In this document: positions 31,181 to 45,800 of the stretch, piece after piece
How positions within the stretch are numbered: position 1 is the stretch's first letter
How the letters are laid out: the number at the start of each line of letters is the position of its first letter
DNA from: Phallusia mammillata
Taxonomy: Eukaryota
Assembly (NCBI GenBank): GCA_965637545.1
Contig: OZ281497.1
Coordinates: 5,208,001-5,272,000, forward strand
DNA length: 64,000 bases
Direction: 5' to 3'
The notes under the pieces: model-generated
What the model was told of the DNA's origin: nothing
Databases searched by the model: none
The model's input: the letters and a program-made list of their open reading frames with translations, nothing else
Made by a program: the position numbers and the translations under genes

Positions 31181-34100
31181 AATAGTTTTAAAGTTAGTTG
31201 TGCTAAATATAATATTGCCCAGGCAAAATCATGAAAATCGCCAGGGTATACTTTTCGGAGCTAGACTTACTAAATCACCGTCACACCCTCTACTCCAACT
31301 AGTCACCCTTACAACACACAGGACATGGAAACCGATCCCAATCGAAAAACGTCAGCGTGAGTCACCGCTCCCTCACGTAACAACAATGAGATTGTGACAT
31401 CACAAGTGCCTCCAAGTCACATATAGAAACTTGTAAAATCGGAAAAAATCGATCAAGCAGATACCTCACACGAAGGCACGGCGCCAAAGGCCTTCCTTGT
31501 TTGTGATTTGACTAAACCCGGGAACCAGCTGACCGTACAAGAACGTCGTTACACTGTAAACATTGTCGTTATTAGGCTTTTGGGATATTCTGCCGATTTC
31601 AATGGGTGTTACTCATATGTGTAATAGTTGGAATACGGTTAGGTGGATTGTATGTGTAACAGTGTTTACCTGCTAATGAAATATTTTGAATAGTGTTTAA
31701 TGAGCACCCCGTGCAAACACACAAAATATACTGTTAAAACAGTGTTTTTTTTACAAAATAATGAGCCTGAAATGTACGAATAGGTTATATACATTTTCCG
31801 ATAAAGCAAAATCATAAGTTTATGGGTTATGCCTGGCAACAACAGTATAGCAGCAAAATATAATGTTTATAACATTGGTCTTTCAATTTTTAGGTTTGCG
31901 ATACGCTTACGCATTATTATTTTGTGAATGTGCTTTAACTAATAAATAAAATCAAAGTGCAAATCTAGGCTTGCCATGTATACTTTACAACGTAAACGCA
32001 ACAAAAAAAACAAGTTGATCGCTGAATATCTTTCAAAAGTAATGAAACATGTCTAAGTTTGGAATAAAACATCCATTTATTCAATACACTAAACAATTCC
32101 GTTGCGCTAAATACAAAAGCATGACGGAATTGAACAGGAGCATATTGCCAATATGAAAATCACAAACCCATCCATCATTCTATAAAATGTTTCCGAGATG
32201 TACACGGTGACTTGAAACACGGAATTTTAATACAAAACAACAGCAAAAATTCTTTTCAAGCAATAAAGTAGCTACCGCAGAGTTCGTTACGTTGAACAAG
32301 ATTTCAAGCCTTAAATATCTGTCGACGCTTGCGGAATTGGTCACGCTCGCAATGACGTCATGACGTGTGTCATGTGACAGTTGGTCGTGGCGGGTTTGAA
32401 AAGGAAATCTTGTTGTCGTTACAGCAAAACGGAGACGCGATTAGCTTGGCCGCAAAATCCGATCGTGCTGAAATGGTCGAACTCCGAAGTTCATCAAACG
32501 CTTAAAGGTAACAATCATTTTAAATTCCAATAATACGTAACACATAGACGAATTATTTTTACAGCCAGAGATATACAATTCACTCTCACGAAACATTTAT
32601 CAAAATGTGATGCGTTGACGTCTACTTATAATACACACAGAGAGACTTTTATCGCAAAAAGAAATAGGTAATCAACATTTACGATACACTTAAGTGTGAC
32701 GTTGCATTCTAGTTGAAGGCTTTACGTTTCACATTAATGTGTTGATAAAACAGCGCTTATTTCATCAACCGAGTTGTAGGCAAAAACCTCAAATTACCGT
32801 GAAGAACATAAATGGTCATTTCTTTTCCTTGACGACTGATTATCATGCATGCAAGGTTGTGAAATTGAATTACCCGCTCATTTAATGATTCTTTTGTATT
32901 TTATTGTCGATACCCTTTCAAAGGCACCACTAAACTAAAAGAGCAAGTTGAGGTGTAACATCAGTAAAGTTTCATAGTTCGCTGGCTCTATTGAAGGCGT
33001 TTTATCGAATTGAATCTCCCAAGCATTACAACTTTTTCCAAAGCAAGAAAAATCTATCCTGTGGTGCGATAAAGCTTAGTTTTTTGCAATAATGTACATC
33101 AGCAAAACTTTTTAGCAAACTTATTTAACTGCAATTTATTACACAATGATAAGTGATAGACATGTTTGCCTTGATTATGTGACACCACAGCAGTGTGAGG
33201 TTAAAGCGAGAGGGTCTAAACACAACCCCAAGTAATTCGGTTAATCGACCTGCCCGAGCGAACCGCACAGCCCCCGAACAGGTGTGGTGTCAAGTTATGG
33301 ACTCCTTGCGCAAACGCTTATCACTCAGTGGCGAATTAGCTGAATTCACTCACCCACACAGCGAGGACTGTAACGCTACCAGAGGGTCTGATGCAAAAGT
33401 TGCTGTTTACACCGAACGCGATCTGCGCGTTTCAGCAAGTTTTCGCACGTGTGGGCCACTGACTCGATTGATTGGAAATTGCGGATTAGGAAAGGCGCGA
33501 AAAGATGTTTTCACTTTAACTGAGGCTCACATTCAAAGGCAGATGCACACGGTGTTGTGCAACAACAGGTTAATTGTTAACGGTTTGATTGCAAGATATG
33601 GTTTGTGAAGTGTGGGGGGTCTTGTTGGTTTCGTTTTTTCTAGTTGGCTTTGATGTACCGCACCCTGTATTCTGATGCCTGGTTGCAACTGCATGTATTG
33701 TTGTGCATTGAAAGAAAAGCAACATGCCATACTTTGATCTTTGCCAAAGTTAAAGCAACAAAACTCACACGATGATATTTAGACGGCAAGATAAAGTACG
33801 TGGGACAAGCGTGGGCACACAATTAGCAAAAAAAATGTTTTACTAACATGAAGGATTGTGTATTTCAAAATGGTTTTTAGACGCAGTGTCTCAACACAAA
33901 TATCACTATGTCGTGCTCACACAGTTATCAATTTACATTTCCCTTTGGAAAAAAAACAACCAAACCCCAAAGCGATTAGGCGTCATACCTATCAATATAT
34001 CAGTAGTCTCTTCTCTCACTAAAATCCGGCCAATTGTTTAAGCAAATCCGCCTTCTGTAAACTGAAAGCAATTAATTGGTTGGTGTTTGCCCAAGATGAC

Positions 34101-37100
34101 AGTGATTACAGACACTGCCGCCGAACAAATTGGGGTCAACACGATCTTGATCCGATTATTTTGTTGCGCTTTCGCTTCCCAAACCGATCGGGTTTATTTT
34201 GCACCTGCACTTCGCAATGCGGTACAATCCCGATTAATTCTATTTCTGTTAAAACATCCTAGAAATCGCATTTTTGTTAGGTAAGAATGTTATAATGGAA
34301 ATAGTTAAACTAAAGCGTCCAAAATTGATAGATCTTGAGTTGAGTTTATTTCATTTGGTGAAGAAATAATAGCGACACAATAATACTAAAACCACCGCCA
34401 AACTGGAAACACCTGTGCAACGTGAAACAACGTTATGGAGTAAAAAAACGTTTCGGAGTGCAAAACAGTAAAGGGTACAAATGGCGGGTAATGGTTAACG
34501 CGATGCAGCTACGCCGTATTATAAAAAGCGTTATGCGACTGGGGCTCACAAGAAAGTGAGATTGTCGCATTCTGAAAAAACAAGACTGGTTGTGGACGTT
34601 GGTAGGACCAGTCAAGGTGGCCCTAAAACCAACTACCCGTGTTAGGGAAAGAGGGCGTATGTAGGGGAGCGCTAAAAGTTTCACCCATACATGGTTTTAA
34701 GGGCTTGATTACATACTCCTCAAACACATTTCGCTTGGGCAAGCACCTTAAACCGTGAGTTTTGTAAACTTGTCCACTTACGTTACAGGCTTAAACACTT
34801 TTGATTTGGTTTCGGTCTGCTGTTTGAGAATTTTGTACAAGGATTCAGTTTGTAAAAAGTAGTACAAAGCATTTAACAAAGAATTTCCGATTTTCAAACC
34901 ACCACGCATATACTGTATCAAAATCATGAGTACGGACGAAACGTGACCACATCTACATGTTTCAGGCCAAGCCTTCCGCAGCAAACTGCCATGTCAAGCC
35001 TAGTATCAAGTGGCAACAATCGTGTCATTCGAAATCGCAGATAAAAATCAAATCGAGTTTACAATGTAAACAGCTCAAAAAATTTCGTCTTGATGAGAAT
35101 TGCTTGCGCCCAAAAATAAACATCTTTAATAGGCGATCAGTAAAAAACCAACTGCACATGAAAATCCTATGACGGCAAACAAGATTATGGTTTTACTGCA
35201 TGGCGGTCGGCGGCTGGTTACAGTGTATTGTGTTTAGTATTAAGGTACTTACGACGCGGTTACTTTGCCGAGTTACAAAAAGGCATTTCCTCTTTAAGTG
35301 AAGCGACTGTTTAATATGGAGTTATTAGTCCTGTTTAAACAACGAAATATAAAAGTGTTAGCCTTTTCCGTGCGCTGTGTAACAAAATTTAATAAAGCAA
35401 ACTGTAGAACTTAAACCTTTGTTAGATTGATGATTTGCAAATATTACCAGCCATATTTCTCTGTCATGCCTGGATTTTTGACAACAAAAACCTATTAACA
35501 TTTTTCTCATGTGCAAAGATGATTCAATGTAATTTAAGCACATTAAATTTGGTTAATCAGTATGTGAAAGCACATGAGAAAAACATTGCCATGTAAAGGA
35601 TTTTGGGATACCCGAGTGCAATGTAAAAAATCGTTTATTAAAAAATGTTCCATCCAATGTCTCATACGTAAAAAATCTAATGAAGTAACTTAGGCCAAAA
35701 CTTTAGTAAAACTACAGTTTAATTGGAGCGAAACAGCAAGGAATTAACTAAACAAAACCAAGCACTTAGGACATTAAATGTAAAACCACATATTCATCAA
35801 TTTCAAATTCTCACGGTAAATTCAAAAACCACAAGGACCAAAACACAATTGATTCTTGAAAACTTTGTTGATTAAAACCACATAATTTCTACATCCAAAA
35901 AATAACGATTGCCTAAACATGTCGAAACGGGGGGACTACCGTTGGCAGGTAACTATTTGTTAAATAGCATTTATCACGTCAAATTTAGCAATGTAGCAGT
36001 GGCGGAACTGGCTAATCACAGTTCAGAAGCATTCCTAGATCACACAATTACTTATAATTGCGATTGGTCGCTTCCGTCAGCTTACAAACGTGCCACTCGA
36101 AAGTGAAGAGTTTGCAACGGGCGCCCGGATAACAAAAACACACCTACGAAGCAATTGTGTCGGACGGCCACCCAAGCAGCACATAAGTCATCTGCAAAGA
36201 CCCGGTTAATCACCTACTAAACATGGAAGAACGCGCAGCGAACCGAGGGCGAAATTGAACATTTATGTTAATCCGTACGGACGTCGGATTATGCGAGTGA
36301 ATCTGTAGCGGTGTTGCGATGGGAGAGCCTGACCGCTGACAGAAACGTCCAAACAAACTCAAAGCCCGCCAGCAGCGCGGGTTTACGGCAATCTGTAGCG
36401 ATCGCTGGATGCTGTAGCAAAAGTAACGATTTGTAGGCGGCGGTTTCTCCTAAATTCTGACACCAGAGTCACTACTGCTCATAAACCGGTCGTGTTTGGC
36501 TTAGTGGTGACGGGCGGGCAGGCAGGTATAATGCGTGCTTAATTAGTTTGTTGTTACCGTGGCAATTCAATTTGTGCGCTCGGGGATTAAAGGGCGACAG
36601 GCGTTAGCGAACCGATCGTCGGCCGACTCTAATCGCTTTACCAGTTACGACCACCCGCATGTCAACCGGACATAACCCGCATATCATGAACCAGCAATTA
36701 TGTCATAAGCACTGCTACGCGGCCCGCTAATTATTGTAACAATATCTGGACGCATCCTCTACGATGCACGACACCAAACATGGCTTTGATGTGACAAAGT
36801 AATTTGAAACGTTGTGTGTGTTTGTACGGATTTGTGAAATTTGAAACTGTTGTGCTATTGGAATTTACATTAATACCGTAACACAAATTCCACACATTTA
36901 CAATATGGAATTACATTAATATAAGCATCGTGTACACGGTAACCATTTTGACAGATAAATATATGTCAACCATGAATGCAAATACCAAGCAGCCAACTAT
37001 TTAAACCATACATAGCATAACCCAAAAACAAACACGTTTACTTCAATAAAAGTATAGGATCTTTCGCGTTTTTTTAAACGCTTTGTATAGCCATATCTTC

Positions 37101-39558
37101 ACTTTTTAGAAAAAACATTATTGTTTTTGGAACTGCAGTCGTTCACAGACTTCATGCATTTTTTAGACATGTAAGTTGTAACACACTAAAGCATGACAAA
37201 CAAAACCACATGTGCCAAGACAGCAATCATGAGTTTTGATCTGCGATGCCATTTCGAAAAAAAAAACAGAATAAATTACTGAAAAGTTTACAACCAAAAT
37301 ATGCTGTGACATCTCATAGGCATCAAAGAACCGAAACTTCAAAGGAAAACCTGAGAGCAGCGATTAATTGCTGGCATCAAACAATATCGATTTGGTTCAG
37401 GCCAATCAAGACATGTTCGAAAGAGTGAGAGCTTAGGAGAAGGTTTGAGGGCCGAGATCTAACACCCTCGAGAGTAACAAAACGTCTTGAACAGGGCCCA
37501 TCCCCAACGACGAGCGCTTTTGTGACAAGGGCCGACTTATTAAAAAATCTCTTGTTTACACATTTGTCGTTCGAGGCGACTCGCTCACCCACGCTTGTTG
37601 GATATTATAAGTGGAGTCAGCCATAGGGGGAAGGATTCTGGTCTAAACGCAGCTATTTCGAATAGAATCGAATTTGCGCCATAAACGGTCGTTGCTTTAA
37701 TTATCAGAGGTCGCATAAAGATTGTTGACTAAAAATTCTATTTTATTTCACATGGTGATTTCGGGTAATATTTAAAAGTTGTTCCAACACAACGCGAAAA
37801 GACTTACTTGTATGCAAATATATGTCTTTGCGAAATGACGAACATATACCAATGAAAAAAAAGTCATCGGTCGTATGAAATTAAAGAATTTAGGTTCATC
37901 CAAAGCAAAAGCACCATTTTATGTCATATTTCTACCTAAACTGTAAACCTATTATTTGATCAGAAAGAACAGGCGTTTTTACCACATTTTCTTGTCACAT
38001 TTTTTGTGGGTTAAAGACAAATAGATCGCCGTTTTAATTTTTTTGCCTAGACCCAGAATGCAAACAAAAATCTTTATAAATCCTATCAGAAAATCGCATG
38101 TGTCTGTTCAACCGACAGGTCCTTGCATGTCCGCATGGCATTTTGTGGAGTGTTGATCCGTTAGCTAACTACGCATCTTCAGTTGTACAGGACGGTTCGA
38201 AGCGTGAACAAGGGGCGTGTTTAACGTCCAACGTCGCCCAGGAGACAGTTGAAAGTAAAACAAGTCGCCAAAACACTTCAGGGAACAGCAAGAAATCAAG
38301 AACCCATCCGCTTTTATCGGGCCATGAGAATGTACCCTTAATATGTTATTAGATTTTGACGTTATTTTCACGAATATTTGAACACATGCGAAGATGCTGA
38401 CTGGAGAGGACTCGATAAGGGCCGATTATTACACAAGCCCGTCTTTAACGCGAGAAATCATTATGAGTTATTGTTCACAGAGGGTCTTCCTTGTTTTTGA
38501 ACCCGCAAAGATTCATATAATCGGAGGGATTTTGACCCCGGCCCTTCAATATAATATTAAGTCACACTTGAAACTTTTCAGTGGAAAGTCATATTACGGA
38601 AATGGGGAAACTTTAGAAAACTTTTTTTAAAATAAACTTTAAAATATTTGTGGTTTAACAAAATTTGATTGAATCCCGGACAGGTTTAAAGAACAAAATG
38701 TGGGAATAGTTTAAAAACCAACACCAACAGCAAACTAAAACTACATGTTTTGCTTAAAAATGTGGAACGACATCGCACAATAAAGTGAAACAAACCTTCC
38801 TAGCGCTTAAAAAAAGAACAGGTCAACTAGTATGTTGTAATTCTATGCAATTTTTTTACACTGTGAAGCTTACAATAATTTTTAAACAAAAGTAATATAG
38901 GCTACAAGACAAAAAATTACTAATCAGAATGGCTAAGAGACACTCATGAACACAAAAACATGATCCAAAAATTTATACCATCAAAAGCAGCAAAGTTTTA
39001 ATAAAACTCGCGGTGTGTATTTGCTTTGACGTCACAGGACTATATCGACCCGGCGAACGGCCATTGAGATTGTAACAGAGAGAGCTTGGAACAGCGATTG
39101 TCTTGAAAACAATATCGATTGTCGGACAGGACGCTTTGTACCAGCCCAAAGAAGACGGGTTTATCCTGCTCAAGTAGGGCCACTCGTCTCCCCCGAAAGG
39201 GACTGTTACCCTAAAGCAGCCAATCGGCCTGGGAAGACAAGGGTGCTCCGTCGCGCAGTTATTAACGCTATTCTCTCATTAAGACGAGATTAAAATAGTT
39301 TTTCCGCACCGCCTTGCTGCGTGTTAACGGGTTGTAACGGTATCAGCCTGACCAGGGTTCACTGTCAAGGATGCTTGAAAAGAAAGGGAAGACGCCACTG
39401 CTTCAGAACAAACGTGAAACCACATGATAGGAAGACAAGACACTGGGTTGTCTATCATGTTGCATGGTGACAAGCATTAGAGCCCGTTACTTGTTTGAAT
39501 GCCGACGCAATGTTTTTAGAACATTTTTTATGCAAAGAGTTCCATGAGGTGTGATAAC

Positions 39559-39888
39559 TTGCATAGCCAAGACGTAAGGTTTAAAATTCCAGTTTCTTAT
39601 TTAAATTTGTTTCGTTATACAATACGTGGCACAGTTAAACCTCCCAACGCCTAAATATGTAACTAACACAGATAAAGCGGTTGTATAAAATCAAACATTG
39701 GTAGAAAACAAAAATGCTATAAGTTTGCATAGCCAAGGATATATGGTTTAAAATTCTTTATTTTTCGTTCAAATTGTTTTGTTATAAAATTCAGGGCATA
39801 GTTTACCCTCTCAACGCCCAAATATGCAACTTATTACAGATAAACGGGTTGTATAAAATCAAACATTGGTAGAAAACAAAAATGCTAT
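39559..39888. repeat. Diverged tandem duplication, ~166-168-bp unit x2
   Basis: Both units begin TTGCATAGCCAAG and end in an identical 42-mer GGTTGTATAAAATCAAACATTGGTAGAAAACAAAAATGCTAT (39679-39720 and 39847-39888). Confidence 0.9.
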
Positions 39889-42800
39889 CAAAAACTTCGA
39901 ATAAATCGTTGCGAGAAAAATCACTTAAAAATCTTAAATTACGTTTCACCGATTCGGCCAAGCCTTGTGACTCTTTCCAATGTCCAAACCAAAGATAGGA
40001 ACTCTGTTACCAAAATAGAAATAGTCTATACCACGACGAGGGTTTGGTAATCAATTAACGTTTTAAAATAACTCTTTGAAGAGTTTCAAACGTGTGACAT
40101 CACAAGGTCAAGCGCCAGAAATCGATTTTTCGAACTTTGGTAGCAATGCAGTGATCAGAAAAGCCTTTTTTGAAAACGGGCTTTTGCCAGTCAGCCTAAA
40201 TTTTCAGGGGTATATTTTTAAATACATTTAGTAAAGAATTAAGCAAACCAAATCATGTACATTTCACACAAATTGCCATACAAAACCTTTTTGACGTTTA
40301 TTTGTTTAAAAAGATTCTAAACACAATAGATTTTTTTTTGAATAACCCCCCCTTAATTAAAATGACTGTTAGTTGGATGAAATCTACCAATCGGTTTTCA
40401 TATCTAAAGCGGAAGCTGCAAAACGTGGATCCAAATACGTGAAACACCGTATAAGTGCAGCAGTGTTGCAAAGTAGATAGAAAACAACCTTTAAAATAAA
40501 CCGCTTTAACAATTATCGCGCTTGATTGGTAATTTCATATTTGAAATCTTAAGTGTTTTGCCATATTTGCTATCCTGAGCTGAAGTGTTTTGCGTCAAAC
40601 GGCGAGAATCAATTTTCGAGTTGAAAGCGACTTAATTACAGCCAGAATTGGTGGATTGAGAGACCGCACGCCAACTAGTAGATTTTTAGGATCAAATGCA
40701 TCGCTTAAACACTTGAGAAGAAATAACAAGGCCCTTGTGATGGGACCTTATATTTAGAACAACGCCCCTATGGTGCAAGACATTCCATCGTGACAAGGCA
40801 TAAGACAGAAATCCGTTAACTTATCATATAACTCATCGTAGGCAGGCCCCAACAAGTTAAAACTTCACATCAGGCTGAAAACGTTTAGAATATTTCGACG
40901 ATCATAATTGCAAATCTGTTGGACATTCCGTAGAGCAAATGATTAAAGTGTGGTTTTCCCGGCCTCTTTGATAGGAGTAAATGTGGTTTTACATTCCCAT
41001 AATTTCCCAGAGTAATTCGGGTAGGTGCATGTTTTGTTTGAATTTTTCGATCGTCCTTTACTCGTTGACGCATTACATAGTTTGTAATTACATTTTGCAA
41101 CCGTTTGCCAAGCCAACAAACTAAAATTATTCGCTTTGCTTAACATATTAAAGTTAACAAGCAAAGGAACATGGTATAAATATGATCCTAATTCAAAACG
41201 TTTTCCTAACCTAAGCAAAGGCGTTATATTTCCAAAAGTTGCAAAACTAAATCCCTTAAATTTATCATTATTGTCTTAGACAGTACATAAAACTATTGAT
41301 AAATTCAGTTATGGTAAGCCAATGAAAATTTGGGAACTGAATAAATTTATTTAACCTTCAAACGATTCAAAGTTTATTACATTGTGGCCAAATACGGACA
41401 TCAACAACAAACGTCAACGATGATTTGTTATTGAAATGTCAACCTAATAATACTTGTACAAAGTTCAGTTTAATATTTCACCGCATGCGAAATTACACTC
41501 ATTATCATGCTAAACGCCACTCCAAAGACTTGGCTGTTGTGTTTGGCCACGTACATAACCAGTGAGCCCTCAACCCGAGGCAGATCACTTACTAGCACCG
41601 GTAATTTGCATCTTTAAACGCGGGGGGTCGAGTATTTGACAATGGGCGTGAGGACAGCGATGTCGAGAGATTGTGACTATTTCTGTCGCAGGCGATTGGT
41701 TATTAGGCCGTCAGTCAGCGAATTGTACGAGTACGGCCCTCCAATCGCCCGGTACCGACCTGAAAAGTAACATTTTTCTTGCCGAGCCACACACCGTAAT
41801 TTGGGTTTGCAATCGGCTATGTAATTGACGACCCGGAGGCTGGCTCTTAAGTGAAGCACGCCTCCCGTACGGCGTGGAGGCAGAATCAAATGACAACCCT
41901 GTGGTCTGGTAAACGCCACCGCGCTTTCTACGAATCATTACATAACCGCGCGAGACATCTCCAGTGGTAATTGCCAATGTTACAAATAGCCGGATCAAGT
42001 GGCCAATGGTTGATTGCAGAAATTCTGGCACCAATAGGGCTTACGTTTCATATGAAAACATGTTGTAAATGAGCGACAAATATTGTCGCTTTATACCGAT
42101 TTTTAGGTTTAATATATTTGAAATTGCATTTTTTACCATTAATGTATGACACCAAATAATATATCCAATGCAAAACGCCAATATAACCAAATGAATATGT
42201 AGACTGCTTCGATAAAGTCAAATTTATTTGCATTTTCACTTTATCCAACTGTCATTGTTAAACGGCTTCGTTAAAATAAAAGGACAGCGAAAAAACCTTT
42301 GATTTTGAACCTTTGACAAATATCCTGTCAAGGGATATGTTAAGTACAAGCAACAAAAGTAAAAAAAAACATCTTAAAACAGTGTAGGTATTATAATTTA
42401 CGTCCAACAGTGAATACCTACAAGCATGTTTCCAAAGTCAAAGGTCAGAATCTGATAGATGAGATGTTTTACGCGTGAACAACAGTATGTGTCAGCGACA
42501 AAGACGAATAGTGTGAATAATCGTCTTTGAAATTGTTTGAAGGTATTTTATCGCAGCCAATTTGCGTTCCAAAAATCTTAATTGGCAAAACCACATAAAA
42601 CACGACCTTCCAAAAAATTGCGCAGATGTGATCAGACATGCCCTTCCCGAAATCAGCATTTCATAGCTCTCAGAGCCGAAAACTTACTCGTTCAATGCGA
42701 TAAATGACATTTAAATCGGTTATTAGGTCATCATCTTGAAGATATCACGACATTCAAAGGCCAATACATCAGATGGCGAATTAGATCAACAATCGACAGG

Positions 42801-45800
42801 TTAGACACTTTAGCTGTGCGATAAATCGACACTGTGAAAAGTAAAGTGCTTTGATCTTGCAGGCAATTTTGTTTCATTTTAGGCTATTAGATCTTGCGTT
42901 GATCTGCGACACAAACCGCGCCAGTATTTTGCGACGTTGGATGGACAAAGTTCGAAATGAAGTCGCAAGTTTTAGGGCTTTACATAAGGGTATTAACACA
43001 AATGTATCTAGTTATAAATAAAAAAGAAAACTGAATTTTCCACAATTCCTGCTATTCTCTAACAGAGATATGGCGCAAGTTTGAAATTATCCCAAAGTGT
43101 ACACTTGTATTCAGTTAACTTGCTCATAACTACCATGATACCAAGCAACCACTATCGTTCATTATAAGATTGATGGTGACAAAAGTTTGTCAAAACATTT
43201 TAAAATATCACAATCCATTCTGCTTCAATAGAAATTGTGCTAAAAAAAAAAATTTATTTAAGATAAAATAGGAATGAAATATCATAAATTAATGTCTCTA
43301 TTATTTAACAAAGACATGGACTAAAACAGATACGGATGGATTTTCCTATATATCCACATCAACTGGTACTTTGATTGACTCATTTCGAGCACTGAACAAA
43401 TTGTTGCAATAAGCGACAGTGACAAAGAGTTGCTTTTTCATGTAATTTGCTCGGAAAAGAGCCTGAAAATTGACTTGGTATCTCGTGTCAACAAGCGACG
43501 TTTACACGGATTCGAGACAAATTTGCGCAATTTTCTTGCCAAAACGGGACTTCTTCATTCTGTTGGAATAGTTCTTGTGTTTCATGAAATCTTGTTGAGG
43601 TTTTATGAACTGAAACATTTTCGCAAATTATAGATTCTTTTAAGTGACAAGTTCTACAGGCATAGCGGCCTTTCTGTGAGGTAACGTTTTGCTGTGTGTA
43701 GCGCTTGAGACTTTGTTGGCCAAATCTTGTGTCAGCAAGTAATGAGATTGTTTGTACACGTACCGGAAAAACGGAATTGCAAAAATTAACACCGCACACT
43801 AGAGAAACTATTCCCGTTCGAGCCGATCCCTAGAGCTTATCACCAACACTTGAACGCACTTCCCTATATAGGACTTGATTTGTTATGCTACCAGGGCCAG
43901 AAACACGAAGATTTCACGCACGATGGGCAAACCTTTCCCTTTGCTGTGTACACATCTAACGTCACAAAATTGCCTGTCATTGTTTCCACGTTTTGGGCCC
44001 GATGTGAATCAACGGAATTCCGCCAATGGAAACAATGAGAATCAATTTTAAAGCGACATTCATAAAGCATACACTAATGTTAAAAACGCGAGGTGTGCTA
44101 AAAACGCCTATGCTCTCTTTTTTCTGACAGACAATGCCGTCATGACAACTTACGTGATTTTTATGATTGTTTTCGGAACGTGGCTAATAGATACCTTGAC
44201 ATTTCGTTTTTCCTACACCAATAAAGACTACATTACCCTATCAAGCATGAACATGTAGCATTAAGCAGCACCCTCTCTCCATTAACGGGGAAAGGTAGTA
44301 GCCGTGTAGTTTCCTTCCGCAAATGGCTATGTAGGCGTTTGAAACAATTCTGGAAATTCTTCTGGGGGCAAAAACAGCAGAACTCAAACAACAACGGAAT
44401 AAGAGACTTGTGACATCACGTAGGTACCGTGACGTAGCAAAGCGGTTTGATGACGGAGAGCACTAAAGTGTGACGGGAATTGATTCAGGTAATTTGTATC
44501 GGCGCCCGGTGTGTTGGTTTTTGACAACATTTGCGATCGGTTAGTTTGCACGGCAAATTGAGTTTGGTTGTGCGGTAACTGGACAAGTTGTTAATGTAGA
44601 GTCGTCGGCTTTGCTGTCGCTCAACAAGAAAATCAATTCGGCTATCGAGCACTGTGCAAAGTTTGCTTATATATCGTTGTCATTTTTTAACATTGGTTCG
44701 GATTTCTAAAGAAAAAAGTCAGTTGGCAGGCAAAAAAAACAAGGAAAAACAATTTGGAACTTCAACTTTAACAAAACATTGCATTCTGATTTGTTGTAAT
44801 GTTAATTAGATCTCAAGCCCATGTTATTATGTTCACAACACCTATTTGCCTAATAATATAAAATATTGTCATTTTTGTCAAATACTACAACGTTTGGAAA
44901 ACATATTTGTAAAATGTTTCTGTATGGACAGAAGAAAATTTGATACAGAACATAAACAAAAAATTGGATCAAACCCATACGAAAAATTACAGTATTGTCA
45001 ATATCATTTAAAAAAGGCAAGGATATAGAAAGATTAAAATCGACAAAACATCAGACAAGAACCTCGCTATCCTTGCGCAGCCATCGAAATCCAGCACTTG
45101 ACAATTGACGCCAAAGAAATCTCTTTCAATAAATTACACCCCGCCCCGGCAAGATCAACTAAAGCTTACATTGTAGAAAATATATCCATTAGAGAGCAGA
45201 CGCCATTGTTCGGGGTGGGACTGGGAAATTAATTTCAGGCTACCTGGCATGCTCTGTTCATGTTATCCAACGGCAACCATTATTTGTTCTCGACCAATTG
45301 AGAATACACCAACCATGACAATGTTATCGAGGGTAAACAGCGTCCGTTATTCTGATTTAAAGGAGAACTGATGCAAATTAAAATTGAGTTGTTACGCAAC
45401 AGTAAAAAATTTGGGCCAACCTTTAACTTACAGGTTTTCTTTTTTAAAAGGTGAAGATGAGTTAATTTTTTGCCTGCTGCAGAAGTTATCATCTATTGGA
45501 AATGAAACCGAAAGTGGGTTGTTTTTTTCATGCGGACTTGTTTAGATGCGCTCTAAGGTAGGAAGATATATTTTTGAAAAATGTTAACTGGTTCATAATT
45601 AAGAGCAGTTACAGAGCACAGTTCAAATATTATATACCACAAAAACATTTTGTGATAAATAAACAATTTATCAAAAACATATTTGGTTACATGCTATCTT
45701 ACAATAAAAAAAAACAGAAAAAGTAGTCCTATTTTCGTTTACGTTTTTCATTTTCACATACGAGCTACCTTTAACTTGTGCTGTAGGGTACAAATGGCGA

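Noticed and set aside
33195-33608. Longest unexplained desert ORFs (also 47570-47971, 50806-51201, 58323-58721, 2184-2606)
   Set aside because: Mostly non-ATG starts, no motif, no flanking splice logic; lengths are compatible with chance in GC-richer blocks.
38167-38205. Possible fourth hammerhead-family fragment (AACTACGCATCTTCAGTTGTACAGGACGGTTCGAAGCGT)
   Set aside because: Similarity is patchy and lacks the CUGAUGA core; cannot be separated from chance without an alignment score.
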